Below the pieces are notes generated by a model. It did no database searches and was not told the origin of the DNA. It was given only the letters and a program-made list of their open reading frames with translations. A program made the translations under genes and the position numbers. Of a stretch of DNA of 35,735 nucleotides, positions 18,927-27,266 are shown in pieces (within the stretch, counting starts at the first letter, position 1; the number at the start of each line of letters is the position of its first letter). This DNA comes from Gammaproteobacteria bacterium. GTDB lineage: Bacteria; Pseudomonadota; Gammaproteobacteria; SG8-11. The stretch lies in the NCBI GenBank assembly GCA_031421535.1, contig JANOOV010000361.1:1-35735 (forward strand), read 5' to 3'.

Positions 18927-19472
18927 CTATAACAATTTTTCGATTTGCTGTGTCACCGAAGCGCTTTGCGGGTCCACTTTGCTTGCAAAGCTTGCAACCA
19001 ATTTACCGTCGCGGCCGATCAGGTATTTATGAAAATTCCACTGCGGAAATTCGCCGGATAAACGACCCAGCGTCTGGTAAATCGGCTCGGCGTTGCGCGC
19101 CGTCACGGTGGTTTTTTCAAACATCGGAAACTCGATGCCGTAAGTGTTTTTACAAAACGCCTGAATTTCCTGTGCGGTGCCCGGCTCCTGGCTGCCGAAG
19201 TCGTTGTACGGGAATCCCAGCACTACCAGACCGCGCTCTTGGTACTTTCGGTACAGTGCTTCCAGACCTTCATATTGATGCGTGAATCCGCATTTGCTCG
19301 CGGTGTTGACAATCAGCACCACCTTGCCTTGGTACTCCTTGCACAGGTTCACTTCCTTGTCGCCCAGCAGATTTCGTTTCACGAAATTCAGTGTTTCCGC
19401 ACATTTTGTTTCAGCCATCGCCGACGTTCCTCCAAAAATAAATAGCACCACCAGCATTACTGTTCGCAGCAT
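18927..19472 (-). CDS. Cys-type glutathione peroxidase with signal peptide
   Basis: VNTASKCGFT, GFPxNDFG.QEPG, WNFHKYLI; N-terminal signal ending AMA. Confidence 0.93.
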   Translation of the reverse strand: MLRTVMLVVLFIFGGTSAMAETKCAETLNFVKRNLLGDKEVNLCKEYQGKVVLIVNTASKCGFTHQYEGLEALYRKYQERGLVVLGFPYNDFGSQEPGTAQEIQAFCKNTYGIEFPMFEKTTVTARNAEPIYQTLGRLSGEFPQWNFHKYLIGRDGKLVASFASKVDPQSASVTQQIEKLL

Positions 19473-19560
19473 GTCAGGGCTCCTGGGAAGTTTCGAACAT
19501 GATGCTCACTATAGCGCGATGAGTGCACTAAAAATCATTCATTCGGTGGGTTTTATCGGG

Positions 19561-19902
19561 CTAACTGCCGTACGCGAGTCGCAAGCGTAATTCTTGGCGA
19601 TTGCTTTGTATGCTGAGCTGCAATTGATCCATCCAGACCTGCGTGTGTTTGCGAATCTCGACATCATCGGCCAGAATTTTTTCAATCAGTTGAAGCTTGC
19701 GTCGATGCGCTACTGCGTCAAGTTTCACAGCCGTATCAAGCAATTGCATGGTCGCGAACAACTGGCTGCTTTGCTGCTCGATACTGATCAACTGGTCCCA
19801 CTCCCCCTGCACCGCAGCAACGCGCATCTGCCCATGCAGAGCCGCAAGCAATTCGTAATTTTCAATGACTTCAGGTGAACTCATTTGCGCGCGCACGGCC
19901 AT
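19561..19902 (-). CDS. fliT: Flagellar chaperone FliT (start 19902 or 19884)
   Basis: M..AA..GEWDQL..E, IL.DD.EIR, AYG C-terminus; follows fliS. Confidence 0.85.
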   Translation of the reverse strand: MAVRAQMSSPEVIENYELLAALHGQMRVAAVQGEWDQLISIEQQSSQLFATMQLLDTAVKLDAVAHRRKLQLIEKILADDVEIRKHTQVWMDQLQLSIQSNRQELRLRLAYGS

Positions 19903-19920
19903 CGGTTCGTCAGGTCTCGA

Positions 19921-20313
19921 TTACCCGTTATTGGGACGTATTCCGTTCCAGCCTGCTTTTAATTCGGTCAGCAGGAGCTCCACTTCATCCAGGATGGCAA
20001 TATCATTGGTCAAATTGGCAGTAAGCAAGCGCAACGCCATGTAATCGTAGAGCGCAGATAAATTCTGCGCTAACTCACCTCCGGCTTTTTTATCCAGACT
20101 GGCATTCAGCCCTTCGCCGATGATGGAGATGGCTCTGGAAATTGCTCCTCCCTTGGCGGCAATCTCCTTGCGTATTATGGCTTTTTTTGCGCGCGCAATT
20201 TCACTCAATGCGCCTTCAAATAACAATGAAATCAGTCGATGCGGGCTGGCGCCCAATACGTTAGATTCGATACTGACTTTGGCATAAGCTTCGACGGCAG
20301 TAGATGTATCCAC
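19921..20313 (-). CDS. fliS: Flagellin chaperone FliS
   Basis: AY, ASPHRLISLLFEGA, LNASLD..GGELAQNL..LYDYM, LK.GW. Confidence 0.95.
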   Translation of the reverse strand: MDTSTAVEAYAKVSIESNVLGASPHRLISLLFEGALSEIARAKKAIIRKEIAAKGGAISRAISIIGEGLNASLDKKAGGELAQNLSALYDYMALRLLTANLTNDIAILDEVELLLTELKAGWNGIRPNNG

Positions 20314-20323
20314 AATGGCTTCC

Positions 20324-21742
20324 CTATCTGAGTTGTTGGGATAAATAGGCGCTGGTTTGGCTCATTCTGCTGAGCACGACATTTAAACTGCTGAAGGTGG
20401 TGCGATATTGTTTTTCAAGATTCGTCATACGCAGCTCCAACGTGTCACGCTGCTTGCCGATCTCTTTAATGGTGTTGTTGAATCCCGTGGTTTTAATGGC
20501 AAAGGTGCCGTCAACGGCCAGCGCCGTGGTTGCCCAAGCCTCAAATTTAGTGGCGTAGCCAGTCGTCGAATTAAATAAAGAGGCAACATCATTGAAATTG
20601 GTGCCCATGGCATTGCTGAGCTTGGCACTGTCCAGTTGGAGCGTGCCCGTAGCTGTAAAGCTGAGGCCCGCATCAAACATCTGGGTCAGGGTACCACCGG
20701 TAACCGCCGCCGCTGCGATGCTGCGCAATTCGGCCTGAATAGAGCGTAACGTCGCGTCGCCTTCCAACGCTGACTTGGACTTGTAAGTAGAAGAATTTTT
20801 CGCCGCACTATAGACGTCGTTGTAGGCTTTAACAAAGGCCGTAACCGCGTCGGTCACCGCCGTCGTGTCGCGCGCCACCGTCAGTGTTGCTGGCGCGGTC
20901 GTCTCCTTGTTCAGTGTCAGCGTTACACCGTCGATGGCGTCGGTGACACTGTTGGACGTCTTGGTAATCGCGATCCCGTTGACTGTGAAGTTAGCGTTCT
21001 GGGCGGCAACGTTCTGGACCAGATGTTGCGCAGCGGGCAGGCCGCCCGGATCGTGCGCCAACAAGGTGTTGATGGTGCCATCGCCGCCGCTGGTGGTGAT
21101 TTTAAGGCTCTTACTTACGCCCGAGCTGTTCGAAGACAGAGAGAGACGATAAGGTGTGCCGCTGCCATCGTTGATGATGCTCGCCGTCACGCCCATCGCG
21201 GCTGCGTTAATCGCGTCGCGTATACCAGCCAAGGTATTGTTGGTGCTATCGATCGTGATGGGTGGGGTGGCGACGCCATTAGATGTATAGGTCGCGCCAG
21301 TGTAAACCCCTCCTGTCAGCGTACCGCCGCTGATGGTGCCAAAATCGAAAGTGACTGTGGTCGCTGTGCCATCACTGATCGCGGCCGTGCTGCTGGCTTG
21401 CCCTGCCGCAACCAGCTTTTGCGATTGCGCCAGCTTGGTTACTTCCAAAGCATAAGTACCCGCTACCGCCGTGCTACTGGCAGACGCGGAAAAGACTGCA
21501 GTATCAGAAGAAGTCGCTTTGAATGCCGACAAGCTGCTTGCATTCGAACTGCCCAAAGCTTTCACGGCAGTTTGAAAACTACCTACCTTGCTCTTGATGA
21601 GGCCCAGTGCGGTAATCTTGGCCTGGACGCCCGTTTCCTTGGTGGCGAGCCGGGTGATCGGCTGACGCTCGACCGACATCAATGCCGTGACGATGGCATT
21701 GACGTCAATCCCGGTTGAGCCCGAAACACCGTGAGTTGTCAT
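20324..21742 (-). CDS. fliD: Flagellar filament cap FliD
   Basis: GIDVNAIVTALM..ER, V.KLAQ, A.F.VNG..IT..SN...AIDGVTL.L, FV.AYN, LE.QY..F..L. Confidence 0.95.
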   Translation of the reverse strand: MTTHGVSGSTGIDVNAIVTALMSVERQPITRLATKETGVQAKITALGLIKSKVGSFQTAVKALGSSNASSLSAFKATSSDTAVFSASASSTAVAGTYALEVTKLAQSQKLVAAGQASSTAAISDGTATTVTFDFGTISGGTLTGGVYTGATYTSNGVATPPITIDSTNNTLAGIRDAINAAAMGVTASIINDGSGTPYRLSLSSNSSGVSKSLKITTSGGDGTINTLLAHDPGGLPAAQHLVQNVAAQNANFTVNGIAITKTSNSVTDAIDGVTLTLNKETTAPATLTVARDTTAVTDAVTAFVKAYNDVYSAAKNSSTYKSKSALEGDATLRSIQAELRSIAAAAVTGGTLTQMFDAGLSFTATGTLQLDSAKLSNAMGTNFNDVASLFNSTTGYATKFEAWATTALAVDGTFAIKTTGFNNTIKEIGKQRDTLELRMTNLEKQYRTTFSSLNVVLSRMSQTSAYLSQQLR

Positions 21743-21760
21743 ACTACTGCCTCCCGAACT

Positions 21761-22114
21761 TTAAGCTTCTTGCTTCAACAACAAGCCGTGCTGCTGCTGA
21801 AATAGATCTATCGAATGTGAAATCGCCAAGGTTTCTTCCGAGGGAATTTGACGAATCACTTCACCGGTTTTTGTATCCAACAACTTTACCACGGGTACTT
21901 TAGTGTCAGTGTCCACACTGAATTGCAGACTGCTATTCGACTCGCGCATGACCTGATTGATAACGGCCACCGCATTATTTAACTGTTCAGGGATAACCTG
22001 CGTGGTGGTGATTCGTGGCGATTCAACAGCAACGCCAAGTGCGGGTTTGGCCTTTACAACGTCAGCAACCACACCAAATACTGGCGGGTCCGTGTTGGTG
22101 TTTTGGATAATCAT
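21761..22114 (-). CDS. flaG: FlaG family protein
   Basis: LQFSVD..T...VVK..D..TGEVIRQIPSEE.L..A; lies between fliC and fliD. Confidence 0.92.
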   Translation of the reverse strand: MIIQNTNTDPPVFGVVADVVKAKPALGVAVESPRITTTQVIPEQLNNAVAVINQVMRESNSSLQFSVDTDTKVPVVKLLDTKTGEVIRQIPSEETLAISHSIDLFQQQHGLLLKQEA

Positions 22115-22132
22115 TCTCCACCTCGCTATGAA

Positions 22133-22160
22133 ATGCCCAACCGGGTCACCGGTCGAGCAT
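22133..22160 (-). terminator. Hairpin downstream of flagellin (partial terminator or mRNA stabiliser)
   Basis: AUGCUCGACCGG-UGAC-CCGGUUGGGCAU, a 12-bp stem that pairs fully (two G-U) only on the minus strand; short U tail. Confidence 0.55.
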
Positions 22161-22177
22161 GGGCGGCATTATCAAAA

Positions 22178-22894
22178 TTAACGCAACAAACTCAGCACCG
22201 TGTTCGGCACTTGGTTTGCTTGCGCCAACATCGCTGTACCCGCTTGTTGCAGAATTTGGTTGCGGGTCATGTTCGTAGTTTCCATAGCGTAGTCGGTATC
22301 CATGACACGGCTAAACTGCGCTGACAAGTTCACTGACTGTGTCTGCAAGTTGGCAACAGCCGAGCCAAAAGTCGCCATGTCGGCACCGTATGTGGCACGT
22401 GCAGTATTTACCAATCCAATATCTGCATCGACACCGGCAATCGTGCCGAGCCCACCGAGAGTGGGTTTAGTGCCGACACCCGTGACCGTCCCCCCGTTTG
22501 AGTTCACCACGATAGCTCCAGTATTCGCTGCTAGTACGTTAATACGGGTATTTTCAAGAAGCAGTGCTGTAGTTTCAGCACCCGTGGCGGTACCGCCCAG
22601 TTGTACTGCAATTTCACGCAGGCGTTGCAGATTCTCGGTTATCTGCCCCATATAACCATCATTGGTTTGCGCAATCGAAATACCGTCACTGGCGTTGCGC
22701 ATGGCCATGTTTGCGCCACGCACCTGACTGTTAAAACCGGTGGCGAGAACCAGGCCAGTGGGATCGTCCATGGCACTATTGATACGCAAACCAGAAGACA
22801 AGCGTTGCATTGCGGTTTGCAGCGCATTATTTGATTTGTTCAGAGCTGCTCCAGCGAACAGGGATGAAACGTTGGTGTTGATGACTTGTGCCAT
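22178..22894 (-). CDS. fliC: Flagellin, minimal 238 aa (downstream copy)
   Basis: MAQVINTN, QRLSSGLRINSA, LQRLREIAVQ, SRVMDTDYA.E, ILQQAGTAMLAQANQ.P..VLSLLR. Confidence 0.95.
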   Translation of the reverse strand: MAQVINTNVSSLFAGAALNKSNNALQTAMQRLSSGLRINSAMDDPTGLVLATGFNSQVRGANMAMRNASDGISIAQTNDGYMGQITENLQRLREIAVQLGGTATGAETTALLLENTRINVLAANTGAIVVNSNGGTVTGVGTKPTLGGLGTIAGVDADIGLVNTARATYGADMATFGSAVANLQTQSVNLSAQFSRVMDTDYAMETTNMTRNQILQQAGTAMLAQANQVPNTVLSLLR

Positions 22895-22932
22895 AGTGAT
22901 TTACCTCAAAATTAGTAATTAGGTTGTTTCAA

Positions 22933-23649
22933 TTAACGCAATAAACTCAGCACCGTGTTCGGCACTTGGTTTGCTTGCGCCAACATCGCCGTACCCGCTT
23001 GTTGCAGGATTTGGTTACGAGTCATGTTCGTGGTTTCCAAGGCATAGTCGGTGTCCATGACGCGGCTAAACTGCGCTGATAAGTTCACTGACTGTGTCTG
23101 CAAGTTGGCAACAGCCGAGCCAAAAGTCGCCATGTCGGCGCCGTAGTTGGCGCGCCCGGTGTTTACAGCGCCCAGAGCGGTATCAAGCGCACCCACTCCA
23201 AGACCGGCAACGATGGCCACCACCGTGCCGACACCCGTGACCGTGCCCCCGTTTGAGTTGACAACAATAGAACCGGTGGCTGCAGTCAACCCCAAAATGC
23301 GGGTGTTTTCAGCAACCAGTGCTGTACTTTCCGCACCCGACGCTGTGCCGCCCAGTTGTACTGCAATTTCACGCAGGCGTTGCAGGTTCTCGGTGACCTG
23401 GGCCAAATAACCATCATTGGTTTGCGCAATCGAAATACCGTCACTGGCGTTGCGCATGGCCATGTTTGCGCCACGCACCTGACTGTTAAAACCGGTGGCG
23501 AGAACCAGGCCAGTGGGATCGTCCTTGGCACTATTGATACGCAAACCAGAAGACAAGCGTTGCATTGCGGTTTGCAGCGCATTATTTGATTTGTTCAGAG
23601 CTGCTCCAGCGAACAGGGATGAAACGTTGGTGTTGATGACTTGTGCCAT
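22933..23649 (-). CDS. fliC: Flagellin, minimal 238 aa (upstream copy)
   Basis: Same D0/D1 motifs; tandem paralog at a 755-bp offset with the same GAGGT RBS. Confidence 0.95.
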   Translation of the reverse strand: MAQVINTNVSSLFAGAALNKSNNALQTAMQRLSSGLRINSAKDDPTGLVLATGFNSQVRGANMAMRNASDGISIAQTNDGYLAQVTENLQRLREIAVQLGGTASGAESTALVAENTRILGLTAATGSIVVNSNGGTVTGVGTVVAIVAGLGVGALDTALGAVNTGRANYGADMATFGSAVANLQTQSVNLSAQFSRVMDTDYALETTNMTRNQILQQAGTAMLAQANQVPNTVLSLLR

Positions 23650-23731
23650 AGTGATTTACCTCAAATTAAAGTTTGAGCTACGAATATGTACAGCCTCAGT
23701 ATTTCGAGAACACTTCCGGCTGATGTAGTTC

Positions 23732-23759
23732 ATATCGAGACGTTTAGCTGGAAACTTTA
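23732..23759 (-). promoter_or_regulatory. Putative sigma28 (FliA) promoter of the flagellin operon
   Basis: TAAAGTTT-N12-CTCGATAT versus consensus TAAAGTTT-N11-GCCGATAA, about 80 bp upstream of fliC. Confidence 0.6.
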
Positions 23760-23849
23760 GGGTCGGCTGAGGTTTTATTTGCCGCTTGCGACACGTTCAT
23801 CGCCTGGCTATCGGTCACGCACGTCCGCAGGTGGAACATGGCTACTGCT

Positions 23850-23898
23850 GTAGGAGCAAACCCTCGCCGCGATGGTCGCGGCGAGGGTTTGCTCCCAT
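23850..23898. repeat. Inverted doublet of GTAG-family REP (REPIN-like)
   Basis: GTAGGAGCAAACCCTCGCCGCGA-TGG-TCGCGGCGAGGGTTTGCTCC; perfect 20-bp arms 23853-23872 / 23876-23895, just after the flgL stop. Confidence 0.8.
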
Positions 23899-23909
23899 AT
23901 ACGACGCAA

Positions 23910-24815
23910 CTACCGCAACAGATTAAACAACGAAAGATTCTGAATGCGTACAAACGCCGCTTGCGCAGCTTGCAATCCGGCGAGTTGCAGGTTCAAACGG
24001 CTCACTGCCTCGGCGTAGTCGAGATCCTGTACCGCTGACAGATTTTTTTGGGTATCCAGCCCAAACGATTCGTTCAGATACTTGATCGCGTCGAGCGTGT
24101 TTTCGCGAGCGCCGACGTCCGCACGTGCGCTGACGATGCGCGTCAACGCCGTGTCCACATCAGTGATCGTCGCCGGGTTAAACGTATTGCTTTCCAGGTT
24201 CGTCGCGAAGTTGGCAATCACTGCGAACACGTCCGTGGTGCCGCCCCCCGCTGCCGGCAGCGCACCAAAAATTCGCGCACCGGCATCCGTGGCGGCAATC
24301 CGCGTGGAAGGGGCGACCTCAATCAGGCGCTGACCTTGATCGCCGTTGTAGATGAAGACACCCCCGCCTGCATCGGTATAGGGTTGGGTTTTACTTTGGT
24401 AGCCGCTGAACAGATATTCGCCATCGGGGTCGCGCGTGTTCGCCAAAGCAAGCACGGAATTCTGCAATTGCCGGACTTCGTACGACATCGCCAGGCGCCC
24501 CGCAGCGCCGAGCGTGCCGTTGCCCGCCTGCACCGCGAGCTCGCGCACGCGTTGCAGTTGCTCCGTTATTGAGCCTAGCGTCTGCTCTTCCAAGCCCAGC
24601 GAGGACGCGGCGCGGTCGATGTTACGTTGGTGTTGCTCTATGCCCGCCAACTGCTGGGTAAGTTCCAACGCTTCCACCGCGGCGGGCGGATTGTCCGCCG
24701 GAGTCAGAAATTTGCGCCCGGTGGCGATTTCCTGCTGCGTCTTGCTCAGCGTGGCTTGCCGGTCAAGCAACGCGCTCACCGCGGACTGCTGCATTTGCTG
24801 GGTTGAGATGCGCAT
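23910..24815 (-). CDS. flgL: Hook-filament junction protein FlgL
   Basis: MRIST, IATGRK..PADNP, LQRVRELAVQAGNGT, LANT..GEYLFSG, DLDYAEA, LSLFN. Confidence 0.95.
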   Translation of the reverse strand: MRISTQQMQQSAVSALLDRQATLSKTQQEIATGRKFLTPADNPPAAVEALELTQQLAGIEQHQRNIDRAASSLGLEEQTLGSITEQLQRVRELAVQAGNGTLGAAGRLAMSYEVRQLQNSVLALANTRDPDGEYLFSGYQSKTQPYTDAGGGVFIYNGDQGQRLIEVAPSTRIAATDAGARIFGALPAAGGGTTDVFAVIANFATNLESNTFNPATITDVDTALTRIVSARADVGARENTLDAIKYLNESFGLDTQKNLSAVQDLDYAEAVSRLNLQLAGLQAAQAAFVRIQNLSLFNLLR

Positions 24816-24832
24816 AGCTTTGCCTCGTTGAC

Positions 24833-26809
24833 CTATCGACGTATTGCGCCCAGCAACGTATCGAACATCAGCGACGCGGCGTTAATCACCTGCGCCGCCG
24901 CCTGATACGCCTGCTGGAACTTGATCAAGTTGGCCGCTTCTTCGTCGAGGTTGACACCTGACACGTTGCTCCATGCTTCCTGTGCCTGGGTTAACAGCGT
25001 TTGCTGCGTTTGACTGTCGATGTCGGCTTGGTGCGTACGCACACCGATGTCCGCCACCATTTGCGCGTAAGCGCCGGACACGCTCGCGGTCGCGCCGGAC
25101 GCGCCGTTGATCAACGCCGGAGCGGTTTGCAATGCAGCTAGCGCCAGCGCGTTGCGATTGTCGCCGAAGCCGCCGGTGTTGTTCGCGACGACAAATTGGT
25201 CGCCGTTGACCGGCACACCGGCCATGCGGAACGTGAATCCGCCGTAGCTTGCGAAGGTAAAAGATTTTCCCGCCGACTCGGTGGCCGGGCTATAGGCCAG
25301 CGTGCCGCCCGGACCACCGGCCACGGTGAATCCCGGGATGCCAGCACCCAGTGCGTTGGGATTAAATGTCAACGTGATCGACGCGCCCAGCGGCAGATTG
25401 GTGGTGTTGCCGACATCGCCCGGCGTGATCGCACCGTTTCCCAGATTGGTCACCGCCGCGCTCGAACGCAACGGCGCAGCCAGCGCGAGCTGCGTGGACT
25501 GTGTGACTTGCAGTCCGGTATCGCGCGCTGCATTGGCGGTAAAACGCAGCAGAAAACTATCGCCGTTCGCGGGCGGGGTGGTAATCGCGGCGGCGATCGA
25601 AAAACCTTCCGTTGCAGTGAGGTTGACCGTAGCACTCGCGCTGCTGCTGACCACGGCGTTATCGGACAGGCGCACCACCGTGTACAACCCGGCGTTGAAG
25701 TCGATGCGGTAATCGCTCGCTTGCAACGCACCAACATCGGTTACATTGCCGGTGAAAGTGATGTTGGTCGCCGCGTTATTCAGACGACTGGCGACCGCCG
25801 TTTGAGTGCTCAGATCGGTAAAAAAATCTCCGCCCAAAGCGTTGTTTTGGTCCAGGCCCAAACGATGTTGCGCATTGAATACTTCGGACAAGCCGACCGC
25901 GACGCGTCCCAATTGATCCACCGTGGTTTTAAGCAAACCATCGCGGAATTCAATGACGCCACCCAGTTTGCCGCCGGTGATGTTGTTAGTCACGTTGGTG
26001 ACAAAGCCGCCGTCGAAGCTGTATCCAATATCAAAAACTTCCGGATCGAACTCGTTTTGCAGCACGTTCAGAGTCGCCGATTTATTTGTCAATACCAGGC
26101 CCTGTCCATTACCGACAAACACATTCAGCATGCCGTTGTCTTGTGGCACGACCGTCACGGACACCAGCTCCGCAAGCTGCCGAATGGCTTCGTCGCGCTG
26201 GTCCAGCAGGTCGTTGGGCGGCTGCCCTGCGGACGATCCTTCCAGCTCGTAAATACTTTGATTCATGCGCGCAATCGACTGCGCCAGCGAGTTGACCTGC
26301 GCCACCGTGACACTGACCTGGGTATTCGCCGACGACTGGAGTTTGTCGAGACGATCACCGAGGGTGTGAAAGCGATTGGTCAGCGAATTCGCCTGACTCA
26401 TCAGCACCTGACGCGCCGATGCGGAATTGGGATTGTTGGATACCGTCTGCACCGCAGCGAAAAAATCCTGTAGCGCGGGCGAGAGCCCGGCCTTCGGGTC
26501 CGCCACGATATTGTCGATCTGCCTGGCCAGCTCGTAGTAAGCGCCGAGCTGACCCTGACCCGACGTCGTGCTGCGCAACTGCGTGGTGAGGAACTGATCA
26601 TAGCTACGCGAGACGGTATCAATGTGCACGCCGTTGCCAATAAATCCGGCCGATGATTCCAGCGGTGGACGCGTCGCAAGCTCAATGCGCTGGCGGCTGT
26701 AACCGGGGGTGTTGACATTGGAAACGTTGTGGCCGGTGGTGGCCATCGCGCGCTGATAAGCGAGCAATCCTGAAACTGCGGTGCCCAGTAAATTGCCGGT
26801 CGCGGTCAT
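24833..26809 (-). CDS. flgK: Hook-associated protein FlgK
   Basis: SGL.A.Q..TGHNVSNVNTPGYSRQ, NDLLDQRD, SGVNLDEEAANL..FQQAYQAAA. Confidence 0.96.
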   Translation of the reverse strand: MTATGNLLGTAVSGLLAYQRAMATTGHNVSNVNTPGYSRQRIELATRPPLESSAGFIGNGVHIDTVSRSYDQFLTTQLRSTTSGQGQLGAYYELARQIDNIVADPKAGLSPALQDFFAAVQTVSNNPNSASARQVLMSQANSLTNRFHTLGDRLDKLQSSANTQVSVTVAQVNSLAQSIARMNQSIYELEGSSAGQPPNDLLDQRDEAIRQLAELVSVTVVPQDNGMLNVFVGNGQGLVLTNKSATLNVLQNEFDPEVFDIGYSFDGGFVTNVTNNITGGKLGGVIEFRDGLLKTTVDQLGRVAVGLSEVFNAQHRLGLDQNNALGGDFFTDLSTQTAVASRLNNAATNITFTGNVTDVGALQASDYRIDFNAGLYTVVRLSDNAVVSSSASATVNLTATEGFSIAAAITTPPANGDSFLLRFTANAARDTGLQVTQSTQLALAAPLRSSAAVTNLGNGAITPGDVGNTTNLPLGASITLTFNPNALGAGIPGFTVAGGPGGTLAYSPATESAGKSFTFASYGGFTFRMAGVPVNGDQFVVANNTGGFGDNRNALALAALQTAPALINGASGATASVSGAYAQMVADIGVRTHQADIDSQTQQTLLTQAQEAWSNVSGVNLDEEAANLIKFQQAYQAAAQVINAASLMFDTLLGAIRR

Positions 26810-26860
26810 GTACCCCTCGTGTGCTTATAGAAATCCGGTGCCGGGATCCCCTGCCTTCGG

Positions 26861-26887
26861 GTATCGTCCGGGATGGCGCGATCTTTA
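26861..26887 (-). promoter_or_regulatory. Putative internal sigma28 promoter for flgKL
   Basis: TAAAGATC-N11-GACGATAC with exact consensus spacing, in the 100-bp flgJ-flgK gap. Confidence 0.65.
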
Positions 26888-26909
26888 CTTTTATCAGTCA
26901 AGACCGGCG

Positions 26910-27263
26910 TCACGCGCGCGTGTCAATCCGTGCGATGCGCGGCGCAGAAACAGCGTCACCTTTCAACACACCGCCGAGCTGGCGCACCAGCATGTCAGCG
27001 ATGCCGATGCCACGCTGCGCCAACTGCTGTGCCATCTGCTGATCGTGCATGTCGTTGTAAATGTCGTTTTTGTCGCCACCCAGCACGTCTTCGGCCAAAG
27101 CCGAATCGCGCGAGCCTTTCAACAGCATTTTGATGAACATGGCTTCGAATTGCTGCGCCACCGCCTTGAGCGCTTCAGGAGAATTTTCGCGCGCGCCGCG
27201 ACGCAACACGCCCAGGTCTTGGGTGCCGGTGTAGGTCGATATTGGATTGATGATATTGGGCAT
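26910..27263 (-). CDS. flgJ: FlgJ, rod-capping domain only (no muramidase)
   Basis: ALKAVAQQFEAMFIKMLLK, MHDQQMAQQL, GIGIADMLVRQL; stops at 117 aa. Confidence 0.88.
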   Translation of the reverse strand: MPNIINPISTYTGTQDLGVLRRGARENSPEALKAVAQQFEAMFIKMLLKGSRDSALAEDVLGGDKNDIYNDMHDQQMAQQLAQRGIGIADMLVRQLGGVLKGDAVSAPRIARIDTRA

Positions 27264-27266
27264 ACG

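Noticed and set aside
19561-20313. fliS and fliT are in the same frame separated by a single TAA (possible read-through fusion)
   Set aside because: One-in-three chance; both genes are full length and normally separate.
25196-26473. 425-aa plus-strand ORF and other long antisense ORFs (21023-21718, 28549-29298, 12997-13662, 3156-3776)
   Set aside because: Shadow or alternative frames of well-supported genes in GC-rich DNA, with no recognisable motifs.
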